From NCBI GenBank assembly GCA_021772635.1, contig JAJFLP010000113.1:813-64812 (forward strand): a stretch of 64,000 nt of DNA, in the 5' to 3' direction. The notes beneath the pieces were generated by a model, which had not been told where the DNA came from, did no database searches, and was given only the letters and a program-made list of their open reading frames with translations. This document shows positions 1-10,408 of the stretch, piece after piece (the stretch's first letter is position 1; every line of letters begins with the position of its first letter). The position numbers and the translations under genes are program-made. The stretch comes from Verrucomicrobiota bacterium. GTDB taxonomy: Bacteria; Verrucomicrobiota; Lentisphaeria; JABSQK01; JAJFLO01.

Positions 1-684
1 CGTCAATACCGTCCATAACCAGTCCGCAGGACTCCGGATTATCGCGAAAGAGGATCCAGGCCGGAATAGACACACCTAAACCGACCGTTAACGCTAGAAC
101 AAGACATGCTTCACGCCAGCCATACGCGGCGTTGAGAGAATTTAGAAACTGCGGCGAAGCATTAAAACCGAAGGTCACGAAAATCGCTGAGATCCCGGTC
201 GCTAGCCCACGCCTGTGATTGAACCACTTGCCAATCGCGACTCGAGACACCATCGTTAAGCTACCTTGACCAAAGAAACGGATTAGCATAAAGCAGACGG
301 TTGTCACTGACATTATGGCAAAGAACGAACGTGACCCTGATAGCGCGATGATCCGTTCTATATTCGACAGTGAAACGAGGCTTAATCCCAGACCAGACGC
401 CGCTATGACCACCATGACTCTGACGCCTAAACTGTCAATGAGGCGACCGGCAAGTGGTAACATTAGACTGCTGCAAATTGTTCCAATCATGTAGGCCGTA
501 CTGAGCTGGACCCGGGATATGCCTAACGCTACAATCAGGTCGTCGGTAAACACACCAACACCCATCGTTTGCCCCGGAACACTGGCAACGGTCGTCACGG
601 TGGCCGCGGCCACGATAACCCAACCATAAAAAAACGGACAACGCTTTGGCGCAAAGGGGATATTTTTCCAAGATAAATTCATGC
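1..684 (-). CDS. MFS-family transporter, N-terminal part (gene continues beyond window start)
   Basis: Minus-strand frame from ATG at 682-684 translates MNLSWKNIPFAPKRCPFFYGWVIVAAATV... with serial hydrophobic helices typical of MFS/OFA transporters. ORF-track entry 435..692 is in a different, non-membrane frame and is probably spurious. Confidence 0.5.
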
Positions 685-961
685 TTTTCCATAAAGTGAT
701 TAAGCGGGTTTGCAATATGATCGCGCTACGGTCGATTTACGACGGCAGGGCGTGCTGAATATCTTCGCGTTTGCGACCAGACGTCCAGTCTTCGCTCAAG
801 AGCTACGCCGAGGCGCACGTCTGTATGACTTCCTCCGTCGCTCACGCAAGCTAAAGCGAGGCATGATGCCGGTTAAATATTGTTCGATTTCTCTTAGCCA
901 GCAAATGCGGAGAGAGCGCTGGCGGCTAAATCGCTATTAATCAAACTGAACGGTTACACGA

Positions 962-2335
962 ATGAGTACATGGCATAGATATTTTTTTATTCTAATATTC
1001 TTTAATTTTTTCCACGTCATTGCATACGGAAGAAATTCGGAATCACTAAGTTGGAGCGGGGTACTGGACTCTATCCGGGGCAATTTCTCGGATGTCCGCC
1101 ACCTGCCAATTCATGGTCTCGCTGATTGGCTGGATGATAACGAACAACGTGCCCCACTAATTTTTGATACCCGCAGCAGCCAGGAATATGCGGTCAGCCA
1201 TCTTAAGAATGCGCAGCATCTTGCGCCGGGAACCAACCTGGAAGCCTTTCTCGAAAACGTCGAAAAAGCATATCCCATCGTTGTATATTGTTCCGTCGGA
1301 TACCGGTCAGCGATTGTTGCCAGTAAACTTCAGAAAATCGGATTCTCTAGAGTTTATAATCTCGAAGGCTCGATCTTCGCTTGGGTGAACAACGGTTACC
1401 CGATAGTCAAAGGGACCAAGGCCGCGAAATACGTACACCCGTTTAACTCATACTGGGGCAGCCTATTGAGGGAAGAATTCCGGTACGTATCAAACAGTAA
1501 AAACTATGGTTGGCCGGAGATTCGAAATATTGAGAACGTAAATCATTATAAGTCTGTGACGTTCGTCGGCGGACTCATGTTTTTTCTGCTATGGGAATCA
1601 TTTTTCCCGTTCATGATTCAGTTCCGGAAGAACCTTATGGACCGCGGTCGGCATGGCGTGAGGAATCTTATAATGGGTGGTATTAATGCAGTGGCTATCG
1701 CACTACTCTTCGTACTTATTTGGATGTGGGCCGCGGAATGGGCTGACCGAAATGGCTTCGGAGTATTGAACTGGTTGTCGCTGTCTCCATGGCTTCACAC
1801 CCTCGGCGCGATCGCACTATTCGATATTTTCACATACTGGTTTCACAGACTCAGCCATAGCATACCGTTTTTCTGGCGATTTCATCGGGTCCATCACTCA
1901 GATCAAAAAATGGACGTTACCACAGCCAACCGTTTCCATATAGGAGAAATCGTTCTGTCTTCCTTACTCCGGATCCCAGCAATTTTGGTTTTCGGCGCGC
2001 ACTTATGGGAGCTCCTTTTATACGAGTTGATCATGTTTCCGATTGTTCAATTTCACCATGCCAACATTGGCCTGCCAGAACGGCTCGATAAAATATTGCG
2101 TGTATTCATCGTGACTCCGGCGATGCATAAAGTTCATCATTCCAGGATTAAGCCCGAAACTAATTCTAATTATACGTCGCTATTATCAGTATGGGATCGA
2201 GTTTTCCAGTCCTTTAATCTAAGATCTGATACTCGTGATATTAGCTTTGGGTTGGACGAATTGGACGAAACCAAACACCAAACATTAGCGGGACTACTCA
2301 AGACCCCTGTTGTCGACATCAAAGACAACAAATAA
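962..2335 (+). CDS. Rhodanese domain fused to fatty-acid hydroxylase/sterol-desaturase-family membrane domain
   Basis: N-terminal rhodanese fold with active-site loop CSVGYRS (C-X2-G-X-R). C-terminal multi-TM region with histidine boxes HRLSHS, HRVHHSD, HHANIG and HKVHHS, typical of the FA_hydroxylase family. Confidence 0.7.
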   Translation: MSTWHRYFFILIFFNFFHVIAYGRNSESLSWSGVLDSIRGNFSDVRHLPIHGLADWLDDNEQRAPLIFDTRSSQEYAVSHLKNAQHLAPGTNLEAFLENVEKAYPIVVYCSVGYRSAIVASKLQKIGFSRVYNLEGSIFAWVNNGYPIVKGTKAAKYVHPFNSYWGSLLREEFRYVSNSKNYGWPEIRNIENVNHYKSVTFVGGLMFFLLWESFFPFMIQFRKNLMDRGRHGVRNLIMGGINAVAIALLFVLIWMWAAEWADRNGFGVLNWLSLSPWLHTLGAIALFDIFTYWFHRLSHSIPFFWRFHRVHHSDQKMDVTTANRFHIGEIVLSSLLRIPAILVFGAHLWELLLYELIMFPIVQFHHANIGLPERLDKILRVFIVTPAMHKVHHSRIKPETNSNYTSLLSVWDRVFQSFNLRSDTRDISFGLDELDETKHQTLAGLLKTPVVDIKDNK

Positions 2336-2336
2336 T

Positions 2337-2432
2337 GTATACTGAGCATCTTCGAGTTTTCGAAATACCGTTCGGAATCTTATAGCTGATAAATTCAAAG
2401 TTGTTCAAAAATTCGACTGCTTGCAGTCTAGC
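2337..2432. repeat. Modular intergenic repeat (tatactgagcatcttcgagttttcg ... aaaattcgactgcttgcagtcta)
   Basis: Near-identical inverted copy at 19688-19795. Shares modules with about 25 other loci in the window. Sits between two convergent genes. Confidence 0.8.
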
Positions 2433-2467
2433 ACAGGTTCTTTGCCGAACTGGATTCTTTACAGCCA

Positions 2468-5400
2468 TTACGACAACAGATATGTCAGATCGTCGGCGCT
2501 TAGGTCCTTGATGATACTGCTGTCCTGCTCAATGATACTCGCAACGAGTTTCATTTTCTTTCGTTGCAGGTCACCAATCCGTTCCTCTACTGTTCCTTTG
2601 CTGACTAGGCGATATGCGAAAACGTTCCGTGTCTGCCCGATTCGATGTGTCCTGTCTATCGCTTGAGATTCCACGGCTGGATTCCACCATGGATCGAGGA
2701 TAAATACGTAATCAGCAGCCGTCAGGTTCAAGCCTAAGCCCCCAGCTTTCAGGCTGATAACAAATACTTTGTACTTATCGTCATTCTGAAACGCGTCTAC
2801 TTTCTCCTGCCGGTTTTTGGTTTTGCCATCAAGGTAGAGATACGGGATATCGCTGCCGTCGAGCTTTTTCCGGAAGATGCTCAAAAAACTCGTAAATTGA
2901 GAGAAGACGAGTGACTTATGCCCCTCATCGATTACTTCAGTTAATAGTGCCCAAAGACTTTCGAGTTTTGCACTCGGCTCGTTTAGGTATTCTTTGTTAA
3001 CCAGCCCGGGATGACACGCTGCCTGACGTAATCTCAGGAGCGCTTCAAGAATTTTGATTTTCGCCTTCCCTATTCCGTTGCTACGAACGTTTCCGGCAAG
3101 GTTAACCTGGTAATATTGCCTGAGTTCGTTATACATCGACTCCTGTTTCCCTTCCATTTCGCAGTACAGAACCTGTTCGGTTTTTTCGGGCAAGTCAGTT
3201 GCGACCTGGGACTTTGTCCTTCTGAGGATAAACGGGCGAATCGCTCGCTTTAGCACTGCTCGCGACTCGCCACTGCTAATCCTGTTAAAAGCTGAAACCT
3301 TCCCTAGCATTCCAGGATTAAGAAATTCGAATAACGACCAAAGTTCGCCAATGTGGTTTTCTATGGGAGTTCCACTCAAGGCTAATCGATGGTCTGCTTT
3401 TAACAGTCGCGTCGCTTTCGCGGCCTGCGATTTCGAATTTTTTATCGCTTGCGCCTCGTCGAGCACTGCATAGTCGAATTCGATGTCTGCTAATTCGAGA
3501 ATATCACGCCGTAATGTCCCGTATGTGGTAATGATCACGTCGTGTTTCACGAACTTCGAACGAAGGTTTTCCCTATCTAAACCGCGGTACATTAAAATAC
3601 TGAGTTCAGGAGTGAATTTCCTGGATTCTTCTTGCCAGTTGAATAGCAGAGATCGGGGTACGATGATGATGGAGGGTTTTCTATTATTCTCGCACCCGGT
3701 CTCATTTCTTTGAGTTTCGAGTAGTGCCAGAACCTGTACTGTTTTTCCCAGTCCCATGTCGTCAGCGAGACATCCGCCAAGCCCGAAATCACGTAAGAAG
3801 AGAAGCCAACCGAGACCATCTTTTTGATAATCTCTAAGTGTGCCATTGAATACGCCGTCGGGATCTCTTGGCTTCAGCCGATCGAATTTCACTAACTCCT
3901 CGCGAATTTTCGCGAACGCTTTATCGACATCTACCTCCGGTCGACTAATAATAAGCGCATCGAGTAGCCCGGCTTGATTTTTCTTGAAACGGATGTGTTC
4001 CGCTTTGCGCCGGCCCAGGCCAAATAAAGTAGAATATTTCTTGAGCCACTCTTCAGGAATAATACCGAACGAGCCATCTTCCAGGACAATCTGGGACTCA
4101 CCCTTTTCGACCGCGGCCAAGAGCTGTGGCACCCCCACAGTCAACGCATCGAAACGCATAGTCCCGTGTAATTCAAACCAATCGATATTCGAGCTAATTT
4201 TAATATTGAAGGCCCCCGCTTGGCGATATCGCTTTCGGTCAACCTCAATACGCCATCCGTTTTTTAAGAGATTCGGGACTGCTTTGGTGAGATTGGCAGG
4301 GGTTGTCTGTAAATAGTCTGAACGCTGCAGGTGTTGGAGATGCTGCGCGAGAGGAAGGAATCCAGCGTCCACGAGCTCCTGCAGCGCAGATTCTTCCGCA
4401 TTCAGGTCTCGATCGTATACTTTTTCTTGCTTGTAATTAATAACGGATTTCGTACGACTTAATGCTGTAATAAGAATGTCTCCATATCTGAACTTCAACT
4501 CCGCTACCAATAGCGGTTTAGCCAGAGATACGTGTTTCTTCGTTTTGACTATCAACTCTTTTCCCGGCGCTTCGTATTCTGGCGTCAACCGCACTTCTTC
4601 CGGGAGTTCTATCGGTGGAGAATTGGGCATACCGTAGATATTCTCCAGCAACTCTGGACACTCGCGTACCGGCACCGAAACGGGGCCCTCACGTCTCAAT
4701 ACTGAGATCCATCCGAATGCATTGTGATCTCTTAGCTGCGAGGCTCGATTTTCCCAGAAAATTATACCGCCGGCAACGACCAGTATCGGAGCGTCAATTT
4801 CGAGCCGTTCTTCGCCGCGCTTGAAGAAACCGGCCAACTCGTAAGCCTCATTTTTCTGCGCAATACCAAGCCTGAACTCCCATGGTTCGCCGTCGTCCCA
4901 GCTCACCGTCATAAGGCCCGCGCCCGCTTCTCGCGCCCGAATATTGACTCTCCCGGAATTGCAAAGCAACTTCAGGATCTTCTCTTGTAACCCCGTTGTC
5001 AATACAAATCCGGATGGTGACTGTTGACGCGGCCGGTACTGTCCCTGACGGCTGGCGAAATCCGTTTGAGTCCCCAGCGCCATCGCGATAGCCTCTCGAT
5101 CCGTTTCATTATTCAAACTGCTAACGAAATCACTATCAATACGCTGTTTCCGCTGCTTTCCCCAACTCCCGTCTTTCGGTCGTTCCGATACCAGGACGTT
5201 TACATAAATTCCCCCGTTCTCCAGGGATTGATCGACGTCAATAAGATATGTCAGTCGACGTTCTTTCGGTTCTACATTCAGCCCGTGATTGTTCAGGTCC
5301 TGGTTAACGCCGGCAAACACTGTTTGCCAGTTTCTTGGACGACCGACATGACCACCCTGAAGAATCTCTTCGTTCGCGCCTGTGACTTCCGGATCAGATG

Positions 5401-5848
5401 ATGAAGGACGGCGAGGAGACGCCACCGTTGTTGTCCCCGGATTAATAGCACTGAGATCAGCGTAGCCTTCGTCAAAAGAATCACCATCGCTATCGTGATG
5501 CGCGAATAGTTCATAGTCGGATTTATCGAGATAGGAAATTCGCATTTCCTGCTTGGCTCCGGATATACTCGGAGACCAATTGAGGAGCTCTGCTGCGAGG
5601 ATTGTTCCCCAGATGTGTTTACATAGTCCGCTGCCCCCTGAATAATACGGACAACTGCAGTATACGGAGAGGTGGTTGTATTCCGGGTTATTTATGAAGA
5701 CGTCGTAGGCATCTGTGCCATATGCTTTCGCATTCAAATGCGTTTTACGAACGTCTCGCAACCCGATATCACCGTTCTTGAAATAGAGGCGCCCACGGGA
5801 GCGCACACGGCTCTCAAATAAGAAGGAAACTGTCTCTGATAGATTCAT
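2468..5848 (-). CDS. SWIM zinc-finger / SNF2-family helicase (RapA/HepA-like DEAD-like helicase)
   Basis: N-terminal SWIM motif YCSCPYYSGGSGLCKHIWG. SNF2_N motifs LADDMGLGKT and DEAQAIKN. Helicase-C motifs LDPWWNPAVESQAIDRTHRIGQ. Total 1126 aa. Confidence 0.85.
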   Translation of the reverse strand: MNLSETVSFLFESRVRSRGRLYFKNGDIGLRDVRKTHLNAKAYGTDAYDVFINNPEYNHLSVYCSCPYYSGGSGLCKHIWGTILAAELLNWSPSISGAKQEMRISYLDKSDYELFAHHDSDGDSFDEGYADLSAINPGTTTVASPRRPSSSDPEVTGANEEILQGGHVGRPRNWQTVFAGVNQDLNNHGLNVEPKERRLTYLIDVDQSLENGGIYVNVLVSERPKDGSWGKQRKQRIDSDFVSSLNNETDREAIAMALGTQTDFASRQGQYRPRQQSPSGFVLTTGLQEKILKLLCNSGRVNIRAREAGAGLMTVSWDDGEPWEFRLGIAQKNEAYELAGFFKRGEERLEIDAPILVVAGGIIFWENRASQLRDHNAFGWISVLRREGPVSVPVRECPELLENIYGMPNSPPIELPEEVRLTPEYEAPGKELIVKTKKHVSLAKPLLVAELKFRYGDILITALSRTKSVINYKQEKVYDRDLNAEESALQELVDAGFLPLAQHLQHLQRSDYLQTTPANLTKAVPNLLKNGWRIEVDRKRYRQAGAFNIKISSNIDWFELHGTMRFDALTVGVPQLLAAVEKGESQIVLEDGSFGIIPEEWLKKYSTLFGLGRRKAEHIRFKKNQAGLLDALIISRPEVDVDKAFAKIREELVKFDRLKPRDPDGVFNGTLRDYQKDGLGWLLFLRDFGLGGCLADDMGLGKTVQVLALLETQRNETGCENNRKPSIIIVPRSLLFNWQEESRKFTPELSILMYRGLDRENLRSKFVKHDVIITTYGTLRRDILELADIEFDYAVLDEAQAIKNSKSQAAKATRLLKADHRLALSGTPIENHIGELWSLFEFLNPGMLGKVSAFNRISSGESRAVLKRAIRPFILRRTKSQVATDLPEKTEQVLYCEMEGKQESMYNELRQYYQVNLAGNVRSNGIGKAKIKILEALLRLRQAACHPGLVNKEYLNEPSAKLESLWALLTEVIDEGHKSLVFSQFTSFLSIFRKKLDGSDIPYLYLDGKTKNRQEKVDAFQNDDKYKVFVISLKAGGLGLNLTAADYVFILDPWWNPAVESQAIDRTHRIGQTRNVFAYRLVSKGTVEERIGDLQRKKMKLVASIIEQDSSIIKDLSADDLTYLLS

Positions 5849-6147
5849 TATCGCTTTATATACTGATCGTGTTCGAGTTTTCGGTGACTTGAAGGTGATT
5901 GTTCATCGGGTTCGGAACTTGGTTTAGGCGGTTCAAAAGGTGCTCGGGACAACCCCTAAGTTATACCACGGAATGCAATTTGACTGCACGCAGTTGAATA
6001 TTTAGTGTCTGAAGGGAAACCCTCGCGAGCCGGGTTGCCGACGCATGTTCGGGAGATTCATCCTTCACGCTGTTACGTTCATACCCAAAGGTATGGGCTA
6101 ACAGCGTGAGACAACGAGGCTTTGTTGTACTATACTGCAGGCATTAT

Positions 6148-6283
6148 ACCAACAATCACGGAGTTTTCGTCCGGATTACCGAGACTCCGCTCGTGCGGAG
6201 AGAGAAAAATCGTTTGGAGTCTCTTACGCAATCATTTTAAAGTTCTCCAAAAATTGTACCGCTTGCGGTATAATTGGTGTTCA
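6148..6283. repeat. Modular intergenic repeat ending in palindrome tgtaccgcttgcggtataatt
   Basis: Modules ggagtctcttacgcaatcatttt and ccgctcgtgcgg shared with other copies. The palindrome ends 13 nt before the ABC transporter ATG. Confidence 0.75.
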
Positions 6284-6285
6284 TT

Positions 6286-8040
6286 ATGGATAACCGCAAG
6301 AAATCTAAAGCGTCGATGGCTACGGTTAGACTCGCCTTCACTTCGATTATCTGGCCGCGGCGGAAGTTATTATTTCTCGGGCTTGTTTTGATCATCATCA
6401 ACCGCCTCGCAGGATTGGTGTTGCCGGGCGCGACTAAGTACCTGATCGATGATGTTATAATGAAGAGTGACATCGCGCTGCTGCGGCTTGTTATGTTAGC
6501 AGTGGGTTTCTCTATCTTCGTCCAGGCTTCTACGTCATTCGTCCTCACCCGGATTCTCAGCGTGGAGGCGCAACACCTGATATCGTCGTTGAGATTAAAA
6601 GTACAGAAACACATCATCGGCCTACCAATCAATTTTTTCGATAGTACGAAATCCGGCGAATTGGTGTCCAGAATCATGATTGATGTGGAAGGCGTTCGGA
6701 ACCTGGTTGGTACCGGACTTGTACAAATGGTCGGCGGCGTACTTACCGCTTTTCTGGCGTTTGTGATTCTCCTTAACATCAACGCCATACTCACATTTTA
6801 CATACTCTTACCTCTAATTGTTTTCGGAATAGTTTCGCTGAAAGCGTTTAAGTTTATCCGACCAATATTCAGAGAACGTGCCCGGATTAACGCCGATGTG
6901 ACGGGACGATTAACTGAATCGCTGGGCGGGATCCGGGTTATAAAGGGATTCAACGCGGAACAGCAGGAAGTCCGCGTCTTTGAGAAGGGAGTAGAGCGAA
7001 TTTTCGAGAACGTCAAGAAATCGCTCACTGCGACCGCCCTGGTGACAAGTATCGGGACGCTTCTAATCGGTTCAACAGGCGTTGCTATCATGTGGATTGG
7101 TGGCGGTATGATTATAGACGGAGAGATGACGATTGGTGAACTACTGGCCTTCATCTCCTTCCTCGCCTTGCTGGTGGCGCCGATATTTCAGATGGGTAAT
7201 ATCGGCAGCCAAATCACCGAGGCTTTCGCCGGGTTGGATCGCACCGAGGAGATCTTGCGTGCCACCAGAGAAGACGACGATCCTAAACGAACGATGGAGC
7301 TCGGCGAGTTTCGTGGGGATTTGTCGTTTGAGAATGTGACTTTCTCCTACGTCGAAGGCGCGCCAATCCTGAAAGACGTCTGTTTCGTCGCCCCGGCGGG
7401 GAGCCTGACCGCACTCGTCGGCAGCTCCGGTTCAGGCAAGACGACACTTGCCGGGTTAGCAGCGTCCTTTCTGAAACCCGACCAGGGAGTGGTTCGACTC
7501 GACGATATCGATCTTTCTACGGTCACCCTCGATAGTTATCGATCTCGTCTGGGCGTCGTGCTCCAGGACAATTTTCTCTACGAAGGCACAATCCGCGAGA
7601 ATATATTATTCGGCAATCCGTCCGCAACTGAAGACAAACTCCTCGAAGCTGTGGAAGCAGCTCATGTCAAGGAGTTCACTGATCGCTTTGATGCAGGACT
7701 GGATACACTTATTGGTGAACGCGGCGTAAAACTGTCGGGTGGCCAACGACAGCGTGTCGCTATCGCGCGAGCGATATTAGCCGATCCCAAAATGTTGCTT
7801 TTCGACGAAGCCACATCTAATCTTGATACGGAAAGCGAGCTTTATATCCAGAATAGCCTGGCGAAGCTCATGAAAGGGCGTACAACGATCGTCATTGCTC
7901 ACCGACTCAGTACCATTCAGAAAGCTGATCAGATTCTAGTCGTAGAGGATGGGGAAATCGTTGAACGCGGTAAACATAGCGAACTCCTTGCCGCGCAAGG
8001 GCGTTATTATAGTCTATACACCCACCAGGCAAGGATTTGA
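6286..8040 (+). CDS. ABC transporter, fused permease/ATP-binding (MsbA/lipid exporter-like)
   Basis: Six-TM N-terminal region. Walker A GSSGSGKTT, signature LSGGQRQRVAIARAIL, Walker B LLFDEATS. ATG at 6286 preferred over the TTG at 6274 used by the ORF track. Confidence 0.85.
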   Translation: MDNRKKSKASMATVRLAFTSIIWPRRKLLFLGLVLIIINRLAGLVLPGATKYLIDDVIMKSDIALLRLVMLAVGFSIFVQASTSFVLTRILSVEAQHLISSLRLKVQKHIIGLPINFFDSTKSGELVSRIMIDVEGVRNLVGTGLVQMVGGVLTAFLAFVILLNINAILTFYILLPLIVFGIVSLKAFKFIRPIFRERARINADVTGRLTESLGGIRVIKGFNAEQQEVRVFEKGVERIFENVKKSLTATALVTSIGTLLIGSTGVAIMWIGGGMIIDGEMTIGELLAFISFLALLVAPIFQMGNIGSQITEAFAGLDRTEEILRATREDDDPKRTMELGEFRGDLSFENVTFSYVEGAPILKDVCFVAPAGSLTALVGSSGSGKTTLAGLAASFLKPDQGVVRLDDIDLSTVTLDSYRSRLGVVLQDNFLYEGTIRENILFGNPSATEDKLLEAVEAAHVKEFTDRFDAGLDTLIGERGVKLSGGQRQRVAIARAILADPKMLLFDEATSNLDTESELYIQNSLAKLMKGRTTIVIAHRLSTIQKADQILVVEDGEIVERGKHSELLAAQGRYYSLYTHQARI

Positions 8041-8130
8041 GCGAAATGTCCTTGGGATCCGCAAGCAGTCCAACTTTCAGTCCGTAGACGGACTCCCGTG
8101 AAACTTGAGTAATTTGACTGAGATTTTCAC

Positions 8131-8203
8131 CATGAAGGACATGAAGAGCATGAAGTAAAGACTTTTTATATTTTCCCCTTCATGCTCTTCATGTCCTTCA
8201 TGG
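8131..8203. other. Perfect 25-bp inverted repeat (hairpin) catgaaggacatgaagagcatgaag / cttcatgctcttcatgtccttcatg
   Basis: Seen directly. 23-nt loop. Lies about 90 nt downstream of the ABC transporter stop. No strong T-tract follows. Confidence 0.6.
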
Positions 8204-8803
8204 TTGTAAAGCATTATTCGGTTGGCAGATTGCTCCGTTGAAACTAAACCGGTTTTGAGGCTGTTTATCTCGTTCGTTTTCGGCTCGATTGGGCGGCCTT
8301 TAGAGTTCAAGCTTTAGCGCTATTTGTTGATTGGCAGATGCAATCCCGCATGCGGGATTGAACTCCAAAATACCGTCGAACCCAAGTTTCCTATTATATT
8401 AACCGGGTCGGTACGGCCCGGACGGTTGCTCCCTTGAAATTTGGTCATTTTGACACACTGAAGTGTGAACTCCAACAGGTGCTACTCGCATACCAAAAGA
8501 TTAGTGTTGTTAAGGTCCCCGTTGGAGTTCACGCTTTCGCGTGTCATAACCTGAGTTTCGTTATATAATAATTCTGCTGTCCAGCAGAAGCGCGTCGGTC
8601 GACGGTCCTACGAAACTTGGCGGAAATCTTCGATATTGTGAGCCCGTTTCGTATTGTAAAATATGGGTTCAAAAGGAAACCCACTGGAGGGAATCAACCA
8701 CCCCGCCGCAAAGCAGACGGGGTATCGGCTTTGGAAATAGTTTTGGTATCGCGGTAAACTGCGGAGAATGAAACCCCACTATGTAGGTGCAAAAGGAGAG
8801 ACC

Positions 8804-9409
8804 ATGGAAACGATAGAAGCGATTCGCTCACGACGAGCAATTAAACATTTCGATGCAAACCACGAAATGACAGCTGAAGAAGCAAATGAGATACTGTCAT
8901 TAGCGGTTCTTTCACCAACGGCATTCAATATTCAAAACTGGCGTTTTCTTGTTGTAGATGATCCGGACTTGCGGAAGAAAATCAAAGAGGTAGCCTGGGG
9001 TCAATCACAAGTAACGGATACATCTCTGTTTATCATACTTTGCGCAGACCTGAAGGCATGGGAAAAGGAACCCGGGCGCTATTGGGCGAATGCACCGAAA
9101 GAAGTTCAGGAGTTCATGCTTCCGGCGATAGATGAATATTATCGTGACAAAGAGCAGGTGCAACGGGACGAAGCGATGCGCTCCTGTGGTATCGTTGCAC
9201 AAACGATAATGCTTGCTTCGAAATCGTTGGGATACGAATCTTGCCCAATGGATGGTTTCGACTTCGACAAAGTCGCGGAGTTAATTCAACTTCCTGATGA
9301 CCATGTAATCGCCATGTTCGTTGCGATTGGCAAAGGAACGAAAGAGGCATGGCCGCGACCAGGGCAGGTCAGCCTCGACGATGTTGTTGTCAAGAATAAA
9401 TTCGACTGA
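8804..9409 (+). CDS. Nitroreductase-family protein
   Basis: METIEAIRSRRAIKHFD... matches the typical nitroreductase N-terminus. Strong SD aaaggagag before the ATG at 8804. Confidence 0.75.
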   Translation: METIEAIRSRRAIKHFDANHEMTAEEANEILSLAVLSPTAFNIQNWRFLVVDDPDLRKKIKEVAWGQSQVTDTSLFIILCADLKAWEKEPGRYWANAPKEVQEFMLPAIDEYYRDKEQVQRDEAMRSCGIVAQTIMLASKSLGYESCPMDGFDFDKVAELIQLPDDHVIAMFVAIGKGTKEAWPRPGQVSLDDVVVKNKFD

Positions 9410-9535
9410 TTAACGGCGATTTCGCGACGCTAATTTGATGAGATTATACGAACTCCAGTCAGGTTTTCGACAAGTTTTCCAAAATCTTTGCGCGATCATC
9501 GAAAATTCGACTGCTTGCAGTCTAGGAACAGGGGT

Positions 9536-10408
9536 ATGGAGAATATCAGGTTAATCGTAACACACTCGGGCGGAGCGCACAAGGACGATTTTCTTGCGTG
9601 CAGCCTGTTGCTTAATTCTTGGCCGGTCACGGTGCACCGGCGAGACCCGACGGCCAAAGAGCTGGACGATCCTGCCGTGTGCGTAGTCGATATTGGTCAT
9701 CGGCACGAGCCCGAAAGAATGAACTTCGATCATCACCAGTTTTCAAATGAACACCCTCCCACTTGCGCTTTATCGTTGGCGCTCCAGCATCTGGAGCTAT
9801 ACGACGACGCGAAGTTATTCTGCGACTGGCTCGAACCCGCGGAATTTTTTGACTGCCTCGGCGGCCGGGAGACCGCGCGACGGCTTGGCGCACCGCTCGA
9901 AGTCGTGAACCAATTGGTCTCACCAATTGACATAACGCTATTGAGGGCGTTCGCGCAAAAAGAAGTACTCGAGCCATCGGATTTGATTTGGCAGCTCATG
10001 AAGATGGTCGGCGATGATCTGGTTGATTACGTGAAGTCATTGCGCACCCGCCTTAAATTTATCGAGGAGCACGCCGAATTCTGGACGGTGGCGACGGACA
10101 CCGCAGACTATAAGATTCTACATATGCCCCGCACCGACCCGCTCCCTGCCGAACCATCGACCGGGTTGGAGCGATTTATCGAATCGAAGAACGATCATGA
10201 GAACGTGGTTGGTATGATATATCCCGATCGACGAGGAAAGGGATACGGTCTCTCTCGCTACAACGACAATGCTAGACTTGATTTTACGCGACTGGAATCG
10301 TGCGAAGACGTGCATTTTACACACAAACGCGGGTTCGTGGCGAAGTCATCCGCCACAGACCCTCAGCGATTAAAGGAATTAATACAAAGCGCGTTGATAT
10401 GTTTCTGA
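9536..10408 (+). CDS. MYG1/UPF0160-family metal-dependent hydrolase
   Basis: N-terminus IVTHSGGAHKDDFLACSLLL resembles MYG1 (GTHNGTFHCDEVLAC). The ORF-track TTG extension at 9488 encodes the repeat module KFDCLQS and is discounted. Confidence 0.55.
   Translation: MENIRLIVTHSGGAHKDDFLACSLLLNSWPVTVHRRDPTAKELDDPAVCVVDIGHRHEPERMNFDHHQFSNEHPPTCALSLALQHLELYDDAKLFCDWLEPAEFFDCLGGRETARRLGAPLEVVNQLVSPIDITLLRAFAQKEVLEPSDLIWQLMKMVGDDLVDYVKSLRTRLKFIEEHAEFWTVATDTADYKILHMPRTDPLPAEPSTGLERFIESKNDHENVVGMIYPDRRGKGYGLSRYNDNARLDFTRLESCEDVHFTHKRGFVAKSSATDPQRLKELIQSALICF

Noticed and set aside
435-692. ORF-track 85-aa ORF (MEKHEFILEKYPL...)
   Set aside because: Another frame on the same strand, with its ATG at 682-684, encodes a convincing multi-helix MFS transporter N-terminus. 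The listed ORF is Cys/Arg-rich and not protein-like.
6237-6794. 185-aa minus-strand ORF antisense to the ABC transporter; similar antisense ORFs at 16595..17209, 36018..36452, 45887..46435, 48297..48992 and 32524..32901
   Set aside because: They sit entirely inside well-supported genes on the opposite strand. They are Arg/Ser/Pro-rich low-complexity translations with no domains or SD.
9488-9535. TTG-initiated N-terminal extension of the MYG1-like ORF containing the peptide KFDCLQS (also in ORF 51152..51334)
   Set aside because: The peptide is encoded by the recurrent repeat module gaaaattcgactgcttgcagtcta. It recurs in unrelated spurious ORFs, so it is a repeat artefact and not protein sequence.
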